From Podarcis erhardii (Eukaryota): DNA of 64,000 nucleotides. Every line of letters starts with the position of its first letter. The first letter of the stretch is position 1. Below are positions 24,501 to 37,043 of the stretch, piece by piece. Under the pieces are notes generated by a model that worked only from the letters and a program-made list of their open reading frames with translations, did not search any database and was not told the DNA's origin. The position numbers were made by a program, and so were the translations under genes. The stretch lies in the NCBI GenBank assembly GCA_964252035.1, contig OZ176211.1. One strand, written 5' to 3'.

Positions 24501-27500
24501 TTTTCCCCCCTGAATGTAAGACAAAAGTAAGGATTATATAACGCTGCGTTGGAAAAATTTGTTTGTGAATGGATTGAGTTCTGTTACACTTCTGGGTACG
24601 AAGATCAGCCTGAAATTCAGTGAACCCTTAAAACTTATGTCACAGATGAAGTGTCAGGCAGGCTCCCCTGAGGGTTTTTGTCTGGAGACTAGGAAATAAA
24701 TTGAAAACACCAAGAATTTTGTTAGTGTTTTTGGGAGCATTTAATGCATTTGACATTTATCCTACGTGGTTTTAAGTTAGTCAGTGGTACACTATATTGT
24801 ACCATACTTAATTTCTGTTGAAGTTTCTAATAGCATCATAGCCAGAAAAAATAAATAAAGACTAGCTGAATTGTTCAGGTCATTTAAAAATGGAATGAGC
24901 CATTATTTGAGAATCTGGTGATGAAGTTAATGCATATTTATTAGACAGGAGGAGTATATATTCTCTGTGACAGATGTGGTCTCCTGCCCTTCTTTCTTTT
25001 CATTCAGCAGTCACAACTTCTTCGCTATCTTGTTCATTTATCGGTTGACATAAAAATGATACTCTTGGGACTGTCAAGGCCACTTTTGGAAAAAAGAATT
25101 CTCACGAGAGCTCAATTCTTCTTTTGATCAGTGTTCATTAAGTTGACATGTGCATGCTTGTATTCTTTTGGGATTTAACAAAATTAAACACCAGTATTCT
25201 AATGAAGTATTTTGTTGAAACCCAAGAGGTAGGAAAGAAGGGGGAAAGGAGAACCTTTCTTTTGTTTTTATACAAAGGATGTTCTATATGTAGTGCAGCC
25301 AGCATAGTCCCAAACTGGTTTGAGTTTTATTTAACTGCAACTTTTAAGTTACCGAGAAAGAGAGAGGGAGGGAGAGAAATCAAGCATTCAGAGGAGTTGC
25401 AACAGGGACAGTGCTATAAGGTTTTTCTGTTGCTTCTGTTAGTATTTTTGTTTGTTTCTTATTTAGATTTATATCCCACCCTTCAAATGCATGACCAGAG
25501 TGCCTTATGGTACATTAAATTACCATAAAATAACTAATACATTCAACTAAATGAAAAACATCAATCCTATAAAAGCAGCATTCAATTGAAACAGATCAAC
25601 AACATTTTAAGAGCTAAAATTAATAGGTCTTCACCTGATACTGTAAAGACATCACAGTTGTTCAGTGGCTGAAAATCTTACGTTTTGGGTTCTAACTTGA
25701 GCCCTGTTTGTCTGTGCTTAAAAACTTGTTTCACATTTATAGCTGAGTGCCTGAGCCTTAGTGGTGAAAATGAGAGCTCCAGCACTAGCACTCAGTAGTG
25801 TTACTGACATCAGTGTGTAATGTATGTAACCCAGGATCAGAAGAGGAAAGCCCAGAGCCCAGCACAATGGTACCAGTTTCGTTTTAACGATTTATTAATT
25901 TTCCCTATTCAAGAACTCTTAAGATTTACACATGCATAGGCTCTGAAGGGATGTAGCAACCAAAGATAGTTGCTCTGTCTAATTAGATGGGCAAATCTAG
26001 CAGCACAGAGAGATGGTTAGAGCTGGATGATTGGTAGAAGCTTCACACTGCCACTTGAGGTGCTGCAGAGGTTTTTACCAAAAAAAATTCTGTTCCCAGA
26101 GATCTTGTACTGTTCCTGCCTCTAGTTCTTCACTCCTCACAGCCTGTTTTCTCTGATTTCTCTGTTCAAATTTATATGGCAGGCAAGTTGCCATTATGAT
26201 TACAGGGGTCGCTAGATTAGTCAAGTAGCTGTTGTATGGCTACTACCTTGACTCTGCAATCTCAGCCAATTCATGCCTTGTTAACTTTTAATGAAGGTAG
26301 CTCACTTCTTGGTTTTTAAAGACAAAGTCCTGTTTATTTGAGAGAACCGTCAACGGCTCTCAGCCATTTCAGCAGAACAAGCATTCATTCAAACATTCAA
26401 CCATTCATTTAGCTTATGATTGATTGCATTAAAAATAGCAATATTTTACATTTGACAGAGTATGCATGAATACATGGGTATATTCACAAGACTTTAAGAG
26501 ACAAATTTTGCATAATAATATTTGACAACTCTGTAAGCACTGTGTGAAACTCCCATACTCTTATTCTTTTCTTGCTATCTGTATTTCCAACAATTCTGAT
26601 TCTTGACTAGAGGAAAGAGTATACATGGGTGTGTACATGAGTCCTTGGTCACTGAAAGTGTTTGCACTAGCTTGAGTGCTGGCAGGAATCTTGGAAACAG
26701 CTATATTTCTGCACTGCACTAATTCCTTCCTAAATTCCTTCCATTAATTTAAATGAGTATCATGCAGCTAAATGAGAATCGTACAGTTCAGATTTGATAC
26801 GCTGCCTTAGTTGCTATGCAACTGGTTTTACATTTTGGAAAGCCTGCTCTCTACCTGGTATTGATGATTCAGCAGTGCAACTCCTAGAATTGGCATTTCA
26901 AAAGCAAAGGAATTACTTGAAGCAGCTAATGGCACATGAACTGCATTTTGGAGTCCATTTTGCCTCTTGCCCCTAAAACGTCAACTGCAGCTGCCTGCTT
27001 TTCTGTCTGACTCCTTGACCAGCTGAAATGTTTTTAAAAGCTTGATTTCCCAGTCCCAACCCCTTCCCACCTCTCATTACCCTTTTATCTGTTTCTTAAT
27101 TTTTCCTCCTTCCATGGTTAAGGACAGGATAGCAAATATTCAGCCATTATGCAGAGGCCCATGTTGTTCCAATTTTAATTGTTCTCTGATTCTGCAGTTG
27201 TTACAGATAATGAAACTACTCAACAAAGTACTGTTATATCTTTTCCTATAAACATTAACAGACAGTTTTCAAATTAAGTCAATTCCCCCGCCCTAACTTA
27301 TAAGTAATAAAATGCTGATCTGAAAATAAGCATTATTACCTTGCATTTTTGAAACTTAATCCCATGGCAATATTACATCATATATTCATAAGGATACATG
27401 CTGTTCATTTCCTTCACTGTAAGCCAACCAGGCTTGTAGAAAATATACTGAGGACCTTTTAATTTATCGTGGATTTGACTAGATTATAGATCTGCATTTA

Positions 27501-27968
27501 AAATTAATCTAGATTTTTCCCCATTGGAAAGTGTTTATTTAGAAATTGAATTACCACCAATACATTATTTTTAATTATTCTAACTGATAATCCTAGTGGC
27601 ACAAAAATACCTTGCTGTTCCATCTCATACATTATGTGTATAACAATAACTAAAACAACATGATCTTAAACCACTTGTTCTTAAATAGAAACTGATTTAA
27701 GAGCAGTATTCCCTGCTCACTATTTAGTTTTGCCCTTTATTGGTTTTGCTAACATAGTGAAGGCTGGAAGAAAGGGAAAAGATGGTAGTGTCTGGTGAAA
27801 CTGAGGTTTTTTTAAGGTCTTCCCATTCTGTGACTCCTTTGGCCTGTAATGGCTCTTGCAGTGTCTGCCTTATTTATCTCAGTATAAGCTCTTCTAATAT
27901 ATTTCAAAATATTTCACTGGCCCCCACTGCATGTTGAGTAGAAACTAGAACTTTTATTTGTTTATACT

Positions 27969-28140
27969 CGGTGCTTTTTTCTGGGGGGACACAGGGGTAC
28001 GCATACCCCTAAACATTTTGTGAATCTTTGTACTTTTGTCCATTTACTGTATTTATTTTTCCCGATTTGAACTATAAAATGGTGATTTTCTTCAGTCAAA
28101 ATGAGAGTACCCCTAAACAATTTTCTAGAAAAAAGCACTG
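27969..28140. mobile_element. hAT-type MITE (172 bp)
   Basis: TIRs cggtgcttttttctgg / ctagaaaaaagcactg; TSD tttatact / ttcatact (7/8). Confidence 0.85.
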
Positions 28141-28257
28141 TTCATACTCAATGAGGCTATAGCACAGAGGTTACTTTTGAAAGGCTCAACACTTTGTTTC
28201 AAGCACACACTCTTTGCAGAGATTTTTAAGATCTTCCTTTACTTTATGCTTTAAACC

Positions 28258-28812
28258 TGTCACTGGACAGATCAGTTCTTTCTAGGATGGCCGTTGTCCT
28301 ACACTACCTATAAAACACAGTCCCTTTTACAGTCCCAGGTAGATACAACCTTGTCTGCCTACAGAATGTCCCTATCTTTAGAATCATAGAATTGTAGAGG
28401 TGGAAAGGACCACAAGGGTCATCTAGTTCAGCCTCTTGCAATGAAGGAATCTTTTGTCCCAGGTGAGGCTCGAACCCACAGCCCTGAGACTGAGAGTCCT
28501 CTTTTCTACCAATGAAGCCATCCCACTGAGAGCCAGTTCACTATCTGTCCCCACTGACAGATAAATCCTATCTGAGTCCTTTCAGATAGCCAGAGACCCA
28601 CTTCTGCCCATCCCTGTCTCTAATCACAGGTCCCTTCTAACCCACAGGCAATCCCTGCCTGCACTGTCTCAGACAGTCCCTATCAATCTGTTAAACTGTC
28701 AGCATCTAACTTAAATTCCTCTCTCTTTCTTTCTCCTGATTGGCTGTTAGACTCACCAGTTTCCATTGGTTACTGGATCAGCAGGAGGTAGACTCAGGGC
28801 CTGTCCATCACA
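28258..28812 (-). mobile_element. Possible solo LTR, interrupted by a SINE
   Basis: Bounded by tgtcactggacag ... ctgtccatcaca (TG..CA with short inverted ends); CCAAT motifs on the minus strand; no clear TSD. Confidence 0.35.
28380..28525 (-). mobile_element. tRNA-derived SINE with CR1-like tail
   Basis: Minus strand has B-box-like ggttcgagcctc and ends ...ctacaattctatgattc. A related fragment is at about 29430-29505. Confidence 0.65.
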
Positions 28813-29357
28813 AGTTGCTCTAAATTTATTGTACAGCTTCAACCTTTATCTTATTTAATAAAGGGAGGTTTTTTTCCCCGGTACAAAAAAAAATCCCCTA
28901 CAGTTCTTTTTACAGTAAATTTAATGAAGTGTTTCCAGTAAGTTCATTTTGGCATCTATCATTGCCCACCAAAGTGGGAATTCAATGTAGAATCGTAAAT
29001 TAATTGCCCTTTATAGTAAATGAAATAAGAATTCCAAATATGCAGCATCAGGACATTTAATTGTGTTCCTCAATTGCTTATCCAATGCATTGGAAAACTG
29101 AATCAAGAAAGACAGAAGAAAGCAGCCAAAGGTTGCTAAATGTAGCGCGTAACACAGATTTTGAACTTTACTTAATGATCTGAGTGTTTATTACTATGAA
29201 ATAAATGCACCATTTCAAGAATTATGGTGGAATTGTAAAACATTAAAATTCTAATTAATTTTGGTCAGAGCCATGCACTCTGCATATTTCCCCTATTTTC
29301 TCCCCTGGTATGGGCAACTTGCTTAATAATTGAGATAATTTTATATTTCCTATGCAG

Positions 29358-29423
29358 TGCTGTCCCCCTTTATACTTGGAAATGAAAGTGTCAATTGTGG
29401 TGGAGTAGGATTCTGTGCTGAAG
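29358..29423 (+). CDS. Candidate internal exon (LSPFILGNESVNCGGVGFCAE)
   Basis: ttttatatttcctatgcAG ... GAAG|GTACAG; 66 nt, phase 1-1; only one frame is open. Confidence 0.5.
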
Positions 29424-30128
29424 GTACAGACATAGAATCAATGAATTATAGAGACCTTGAGGGTCACCTAGTCCAACCCCCTGCAATGCAGAATTCCTGC
29501 CTGCAGCTGTCCCTGCTTGCACTAATGAGCTCAGCAACTTTGGCTGCCCTCCCCAACAAATATCCTGGCTACGCCCATACATTAACACATCACGCCAGTG
29601 TGGTTGTGATACAGCAGACTAACATAGCATTCTAACATAATTGCACGTGGACATTTTTAAAATTTAAGAATCTCAAATATTGGGGAACAGTGTGATCAAA
29701 GCAGCCTGCACACTCAGCATCGGTGCCTTTGTACAGTTTCTGGCACCCCAACTCTCTCATACAAACGACCATTTTAATTTCCCACATTTTAATTTCCCAC
29801 AATTCCCCTGATGTTGTGTCACCCCAGGACACTATGGGAAATTAAAATGACCGCCCATCACTGCAGCTTAATACCCACCATCATTTGAAGGGCTCCATCA
29901 GTGGGCAATTGACTGACTGATTGCAATCTTGCAGGGAAGGTTTTTAGTTCGACTTGGTTTTTCAGTGTGATAGATAGCATCTCCCTTAGGCTCCCAGCTT
30001 CAGATTCTTTCCCCCACTTTTTCACAGCAGCAGGCTCTCCCTCCCTTTCCCATTCTTTAACACCATCTTGGGCATATAGAAGGAAGTGCTCAGAGGGTCG
30101 TCCTCTAGAGGGGAAAGTGTATTCTATA

Positions 30129-30456
30129 CAGTGGTGCCTCGCAAGACGAAAAGAATCCGTTCCGCGATTCTCTTCGTCTAGCGGTTTTCTCGTCTTGCGA
30201 AGCAAGCCCATTGACGGCTTAGCGGATTAGCGCTATTAGCGGCTTTTAGCGGCTTATCGGATCAGCTGATAAGCGACTTAGCGGCTTAGAAAAAGGGGGG
30301 GGAGGAAAAAAACCCCGCAGGAACTCGCAAGACATTTTCGTCTTGCGAAGCAAGCCCATAGGGAAATTCGTTTTGCGAAGCGCCTCCAAAACGGAAAACC
30401 CTTTCGTCTAGTGGGTTTTCCGTCTTGCGAGGCGTTCGTCTTGCGGGGCACCACTG
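30129..30456. mobile_element. Tc1/mariner (Tigger/pogo-like) MITE, young
   Basis: TIRs cagtggtgcc(t/c)cgcaagacg match 19/20; TA TSDs (30127-30128, 30457-30458); many intact CpGs. Confidence 0.92.
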
Positions 30457-30955
30457 TAATCGTGAACAACTGCAAGCACCAGAAAGAACACTCTACTAGC
30501 AACAAGAGGAAAGGAAATAGAGTCCCACATTCTTTGACATGGTTAGAGGGTTCTTGGGTTCTTTTGCTTGTTTTTGTTTTGTTTTGTTTTTACAATCAGT
30601 TAGTGTATTAATTTTGTTAAATAAATGAATGAAAGACGACTTCATTGTTTGTGAATTCTAATAAAGAGGGACCTGATCTGTTCCCTCTAAGGGAAACCTT
30701 CAGGTCCAAGAATAGCAAGTCAGAGTACTCCAACCCTTAACCCATACTCATAATTAGTAGAGAAGGGAAGGAAGTTGGAAAGGCAAACCAAGTTCTTTCT
30801 TGCAGAGTACTGCCTCAAATGCATTCTACGTGTGCTTAGGAACGTGGTAGCCTAGGACACCTTGCAAATCTCCAAGACTGAAAAGATAAAAAGCCCTTCC
30901 AGATTATCTTTCAGCAAATCCATTTGTCATAATTCATGATTTTTCCATCCATAAC

Positions 30956-31122
30956 ACATATTTTTCCATCTATAAGACACCCCCATGTATAAGACGCCCC
31001 CTATTTTGGTGGACTCAGATTTAAGAAAACGTGGGAAGACGGTCCAGAGTATAAGATGCCCCCTAATTTTTGACATTATTTTTAAAGGAAAAAAACCTAG
31101 TCTTCTACATGGAAAAATACGG
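30956..31122. mobile_element. Tc1/mariner-type MITE, degraded
   Basis: Ends tatttttccatctataagac / gtcttctacatggaaaaatacgg followed by TA. Confidence 0.7.
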
Positions 31123-31335
31123 TATTTTGTAAAGATTTAGGAAGTTTGAATTTGGTACTACAGCATAATTCTTTCATTTAATTAAGAACACATTCTAGAA
31201 ATTGGTAGTAATATTTGGATTAAAAACATTATGGGTGAGTGTTTTTTACCATTATAGGTCAAACAATGAAAGTCCCTATTCTGATGAACAGTATATTACA
31301 TCTTAAAATATTTATGGCTCAATCTTGCATTTAAG

Positions 31336-31702
31336 AACAGTGTGGTGTAGCAGTTAGAGTGCTGGACTAAGATGTGGAAGAACTGGGTTTAATACCCACA
31401 GACCACAAGGCTTACCTAATGACTTTGGATTCAGGTAGGTAGCTGTGTTGGTCTTGACGCAGTCGAAATAAATTAAATAATTGTCCAGTAGAACCTTAGA
31501 GACCAACTAAGTTTGTTCTGGGCATAAGCTTTCATGTGCATCTGAAGAAGTGTGCATGCACATGAAAGCTTAAACCCAAAACAAACTTAGTTGGTCTCTA
31601 AGTTGCTACTGGACAATTTTTAATTTTTTTTTACTAATGACTTGGGGTCAGTCCCCATCTTTCAAGACCAATCCACCTAACAGAGAGATGCTAGAGGATA
31701 AA
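31336..31702 (+). mobile_element. MIR/CORE-like SINE split by a Penelope-type insert
   Basis: Head cagtgtggtgtagcagttagagtgctggact; body resumes at 31634 (gacttggggtcagtc...acctaacagag...gaggataaaa). Confidence 0.6.
31434..31633. mobile_element. Penelope-like element remnant (inverted pLTR palindrome)
   Basis: Imperfect palindrome 31479-31618 with central CTGAAGA..GAAA; flanked by an imperfect ~17-bp duplication ctaatgactt(tggattca/ggggtca). Confidence 0.75.
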
Positions 31703-33157
31703 AGTGACAGGAACAGGTATGCTATCCTGGATAAAAATGTAATAACATTTTAAAAGGCAGGTATACTTTCTGGGTGTGCCTAGAAATACCAGTGAAAATG
31801 TATAAAACACATTTGGCGGTGAAAACAAAAAGTATTTCAGTGTCAGTAAGAATTATGACCTTTATTTACATGCAGGACAGTGCTCTCTATTTGATGCGGG
31901 TTTCATGGGCCCATAAGACTGTTTCAGTGGTGATGACGCATTGTTGCCTCTGGATATGGCTTAAAATAAATAGATTCATACCTTCACCTGTGCAGATATT
32001 TCTGGCATGGTGTGCCTTAATCCCTCCTCCTGCCTCAGTGCACAAGAGTTAAGCTTAGAAGAGACTTCTAGGAAACTTCCATCTCCGCTATGACTTCTTG
32101 CCAAATATTCCTATCTAATGCCTTCAGAAGTGAGCAAACAACATTTTCCCAACTCCCTCCCTCTCTGCAGATAGACCTCTACTGTATAAGCATCTTGCTC
32201 CTAAGGCAGAACTTTGTGCTTGCTTCCAAGCACCACCTGCCCAGCTGAAAACCACAACTGCACTGGCAGGCAGCCAGAAGGGCCACTCTATGGAAAGGCT
32301 TCCTCCTAAGCTTAAGCAGGGCGGGAGAGAAACAGATGGAGACTTTGAGAGCTGGCATAAAATCCTGCCACTGTAGTGAGCAGTAAATGAAAATTTGGCT
32401 TTGAGCAATCTGCAGTGGTACACATACCCCTTTCGTCGGAATTAGAAGCCATGCAAATGGAAAGCACAGAATCTGGCAGACCCATTTTTTAATCCTTGAA
32501 GTTTTCATATCGGTACAAATTAAAGGAGTTTGTTTTGAGATAAACATGCAGGTGTTTATAGACCTTAAAATGCTATTTGTTTCTTTTAAAATAGTAATGC
32601 TGATAGGCCTAATGCGGTCTTGCATTGCCATCTAGAGTGCTGTGTCAGAACTACATGATTTTAATGCTCCCTTTTGGCTCTCCCCCCCCCCCCCCCCCGC
32701 CCTCAGCTTTTAAGGCTACCTCTTTGTGCTTGAGCAAAATTACAGTGTGTGGCTGCAGTCCATTAATTGAGGTCAACTCTTGCTTGCATTAAAAGGTTAT
32801 TTTGCTCATAGTCTCATTTTTTTATTATTATTATTAAAAATAAACCCATCAGGTCTGGAAAGAGACATTGTTAGGGAAATGGTTGCGTTTTGACAATGAG
32901 AAATAATGGAGATGCACACTGAAAGGTAAGGTTGTCAGTTTCCCAGTGGCCCCAGAGGGTGCATTTTCCTGATGGCTGGTTGAGAATATTTCATGATGTA
33001 AATGTCAGACTTGTCAAGCTTGTCACTATGAAAATGATCCATGTAGTGAGGGTCTCCTTTCCTTGGGAAACAAACAGCTGCCTTATCGCTAAATAGATGC
33101 AGTGACAGGGAACCTGCTATCTATCAAAAGAAATTTATATTTGCTTGTAATATCCAG

Positions 33158-33213
33158 TGCTAAAGGACTATTCCAGTCATACGCCATATTCCCATATTGT
33201 GCTTCATTATCAG
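33158..33213 (+). CDS. Candidate internal exon (LKDYSSHTPYSHIVLHYQ)
   Basis: tttgcttgtaatatccAG ... CAG|GTTTGT; phase 1 to 0, compatible with the exon at 29358. Confidence 0.3.
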
Positions 33214-33500
33214 GTTTGTCAGTGACACATTTTGAAGGAGACAGCATGAAATAGGAAATGGCCCTCGTGCACTTGAAGAGTTCAGTGGGCTCTCCATGCT
33301 GATTTAACTGTAGGATTGATTTATCTCTGAGTCTGTTGCCCTTTAAGCACACGTTCCTTCAAACTTGGCATGTTGTGTTGAACAGGTAGGAAATCACAAA
33401 AGATGCAAAAGCCTCGTCCTCTGTGAAAACCCTCAAACATATTTAATAAGGGATGACTGACGTGTCTATTTTGCAGCTACTGGAATACATTGCGAAGTTG

Positions 33501-33544
<44 letters not shown>
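33501..33544. repeat. (AGAT)11 microsatellite
   Basis: Direct reading. Confidence 0.98.
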
Positions 33545-33855
33545 GTATATAGGCTTAGAAATGCGTGTTCATTATTCCACATTTTGTTTTACTAAAATTC
33601 AAGTTGGAAAGATGAGCATTTATTTTGATTTTCAAGTATGACATTTTTAATAGTGCCATGAATCTCTGTGGTGAGTTTACCATTTTGTTTGTAATTAATG
33701 CTCTTCATTTTCTACTATCCATGCATCATTTAAATATATAACATTTCCTCCCCATGAATCTGTACATTTTTGTCATCACCCCACCCCAACCAAATTGCTA
33801 TCCAGCGTTGGTGCAACTTGTTTTCCATTTGTTGTACATACCTTCCTTGACATTT

Positions 33856-33883
33856 TTGTTGTTGCTGCTGCTGCTGCTGCTGC
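33856..33883. repeat. (TTG)n(CTG)n microsatellite
   Basis: Direct reading; source of the poly-Q/poly-L runs in the listed ORFs. Confidence 0.95.
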
Positions 33884-34515
33884 AAGGATATTGCATTTTC
33901 AATCTTCAAAGCAGAATATTTTGTATGTGGAAAATGGGTAACCCTATGCAGATAATGCTTTTTTAATTGCTGTTGTAGTTGCTGCACCAAATGTGGTTGC
34001 ACAGGCGACTGTCACAGGCATCAATTGGATGTTGTTTGCAACTTGGTTATTGGCAAGTGACAAAGATCTCTTTTCCTTCAGGTTTTCTATCATGCTGTGA
34101 ATCTTTGAGGTTACATTTGGGACTCCTTTCATAAAATTATTCTCTGTTCCCTATTGTCCAGTTTCTGCATGAAAGCAGTCATGTTGCCAATAAATAGCAG
34201 CAATGCTATCCCACTCAAAAATGCTTGCGCTGTTTCAGGATTATTTTTATTTCATTTTCTATTATTCCAGTTGGTTGGGTTTTTTTAAAATCCTCTAGAA
34301 ATGGTTCAACATAAGAGGTTTTTTTTTAAAAAAGTGGCAGATAGTGGCACCCCAGTTTCCCTGAAGCATCTTTGTTCTTGCTGTCTCTCTCACACCAACT
34401 AGTCTGCTGTGTTTGTGTATTGTACCCCAAAGCTTTTGGTTGTTCTTGTTCACAATTCAAGACATACCATGGGTTGTCTATAACATTTGTGATGAGAAAT
34501 TATCTGTGTTTAAGT

Positions 34516-34855
34516 AATAATAATTTATTATTTATTTCCCGCCCATCTGGCTGAGTTTCCCTTGCCACTCTGGGCGGCTCCCAATCAAGTATTAAAAACA
34601 ATACAGCTTTAAATATTAAAAACTTCCCTAAACAGGGCTGTCTTCAGATGTCTTTTAAAAATAGGATAGTTGCTTATTTCCTTGACATCTGTTGGGAGGG
34701 TGTTCCACAGGGTGGGCGCCACTACCAAGAACGCCCTCTGTCTGGTTCCCTGTAACCTCAATTCTTGCCATGAGGGAACCACCAGAAGGCCCTCGACGCT
34801 AAATCTCAGTATCTGGGCTGAACGATGGGTGTGAAGACGCTCAGGACCAAGGCCG
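34516..34855 (-). mobile_element. L2 LINE 3' end
   Basis: Minus ORF RQRAFLVVAPTLWNTLPTDVKEISNYPIFKRHLKTALFREVF; ATT-rich tail. Confidence 0.88.
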
Positions 34856-36807
34856 TTATTCACAAGTAATATTCACTTGTGAGGCATGACAGATTTATCT
34901 CTTGATTGATTAATTGGAAGTGTACCAGATTAATGTGAAGACGGGAATTTGATCTTTTATGCAACTGCTAAGCGCTATGAATACTATATAAAACCAAAAA
35001 CTGACAAAGCGGGCTTGGTAGCTAGTTGAGCCTGTCCCCAGAAAAAGCATAAAATAAGCAGGGGACACTACATGGGTCCAGGTGTAAGTTGAGTGAGAAC
35101 GTAGGCTTCTTCACGGGAGTTAAGTCATTTTAACTTCTGAAAGCATTTAACTTCTGGTGAGCACTTAACTTTTAAGCTTCCAGTTTCACGTACTTAGAAA
35201 AGCAATTAAGGTTACGGTAGAAAAATGAACTCTGAGTGATATATATGCAGCAGTATCTGATTCCAGTGGCTGTGGGTAGTGGAGGAAATGTCTTCTGGTC
35301 TTTGGGGCATGCTGACCTGTTGGGTCCTATCACTCAGCACCATACTGTGGGGTGGCTCTGGTTGCAGAAGGTGCCTCTGTCTGTTTTATGGGGAACCTCT
35401 TCCCTCTCTCCCATCCCGTTCAGCAGGGTCCCTTAACTGTCTGGAGGTTGTGGGGAAATTCTCACAGGAACGTGGAGACAGAAAAACAGGCTTGTGCAAA
35501 CCTTTTCCCTGTGGCGTTTTCTCTGGATCTAACCAAGAGATAGTCCATGATTTGCCAGTTAAAGCATTGGTCTGTTGCCATCTCAGTTATCTAGCCCTTA
35601 TCTTTAGATTTTCGCATTAAGGCTTGACATAATACACCTCTACCCCTCTTCAGTGTCAATGCAATATATTCTACTTTTTTCTCTTGCTGCAAAACCTAGC
35701 AAGGTAACATCACTCATTATCCTTAGCCCTGTGCAATCTGCAATATGCCTCTTATGCTGATTTACACGGAAGGGCAAATTATAGGTATGGTTTATTACAC
35801 ATATCTGTACGATTGGGTTCTTACTAGCATTATGAATTGATGTATGATCTATGTATAGAATTTTCTCTTTGTTCCTGTAGAGATAATAATTGTCTGCCAC
35901 TTCTTTCTTTGAGACTACATGTTGTCATCTGATATAAAGGGGGAAATTTGTCTTCTCCTGTACAATGGAAAGTTAAAAGTGAATGTTCAAACCCATCTGT
36001 TTGGTTCAGGTCAATCTTTCTTATCTTTCTCCTGGCCTTTTCTGCTCTCCTCTCCCCCCCCCCCCCCAGCACAGGGACATAGAGCAATTTGTTTTAATTC
36101 CTGTAAAACATTTCTTTTAATTTCTGAACATTATTTCTACTCTAACTTAGTTTAAGTGTTTCTTCCGCTCTGAAAAAAAGTCATGGAAGTGGAATTCTAC
36201 TCATTCTTTTAGCTGTAGGGGAGCTATAACCTATAACCCTATGTCAAGCTGGGAAATACAACAGGAAGCAACTTTCTAGCCATAAAATCATACTCTATGG
36301 AAGCACTGCAATACATTTGTAGCACTAATCAAAACACGGGATGTTTTAAAATTATTTAATAAAGTTGGACAGGTGTTTTTATTTGTATTTGTTGTTCTGT
36401 AAATCTTCCAAGAATTCTGGCTGCACCTGATTGCCTCACTTAAACTGACTTCTTAGATGTTTATAGAGAATGTCTATAATTTCAGAATTGGCACATATGC
36501 AGTTTGCGTGCCCTGTCTAAAGCAGCATGTTTTTTAAAATATTCTTTAGACGGGTAAGCTAACCTTTCCTTAATTCTATGATGGTTCTTTTCTTCTTCCA
36601 AAGGGCATGTATAAGCATAAGTTCTGCAACAAAATATATGCCCTTTAAGCACAAAACTGGGTTAGCGGAAACTAGCAAGGACTTGAAATTCACTAAGACC
36701 ATAATCCTATGCCCGTGTTTTATTGGAAGTGACCTCCTTAGTCACAGAGGACTGTAACTGACTAGTATATTTACACCTGCCACTTGTATTCAGTAGGATG
36801 TGTGTGA

Positions 36808-36808
<1 letters not shown>

Positions 36809-36841
<33 letters not shown>

Positions 36842-37009
36842 TGTTTAGTTGTTTAGCCATGTCCAACTCTTTGTGACCCCATGGACCAGAGAATGCCAGG
36901 CACTCCTTTCTTCCACTGCCTCACGCAGTTTGGTCAAACTCATGTTAGTAGCTTCCAGACATCTCATCCTCTGTCATCCCCTTCTCATTGTGCCCTCAGT
37001 CTTTCCCAA
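36809..37009 (-). mobile_element. BovB (RTE) LINE 3' end with (CA)n tail
   Basis: Plus strand gccatgtccaactctttgtgaccccatgga...caaactcatg...catctcatcctctgtcatccccttctc matches the reverse complement of the BovB 3' end as I recall it; (TG)n at 36809-36839; (CT)n at 37015-37043. Confidence 0.85.

Positions 37010-37043
<34 letters not shown>

Noticed and set aside
32179-32631. 150-aa minus-strand ORF and overlapping 99-aa ORF
   Set aside because: No recognisable motif or splice support; length is compatible with chance.
33730-34002. Poly-Q and poly-L ORFs
   Set aside because: Explained by the (TTG)n(CTG)n microsatellite.
35881-36009. Strong acceptor and a donor around a near-open frame with an internal TGA (selenocysteine idea)
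   Set aside because: All three frames contain stops and I see no SECIS evidence; likely a pseudo-exon.
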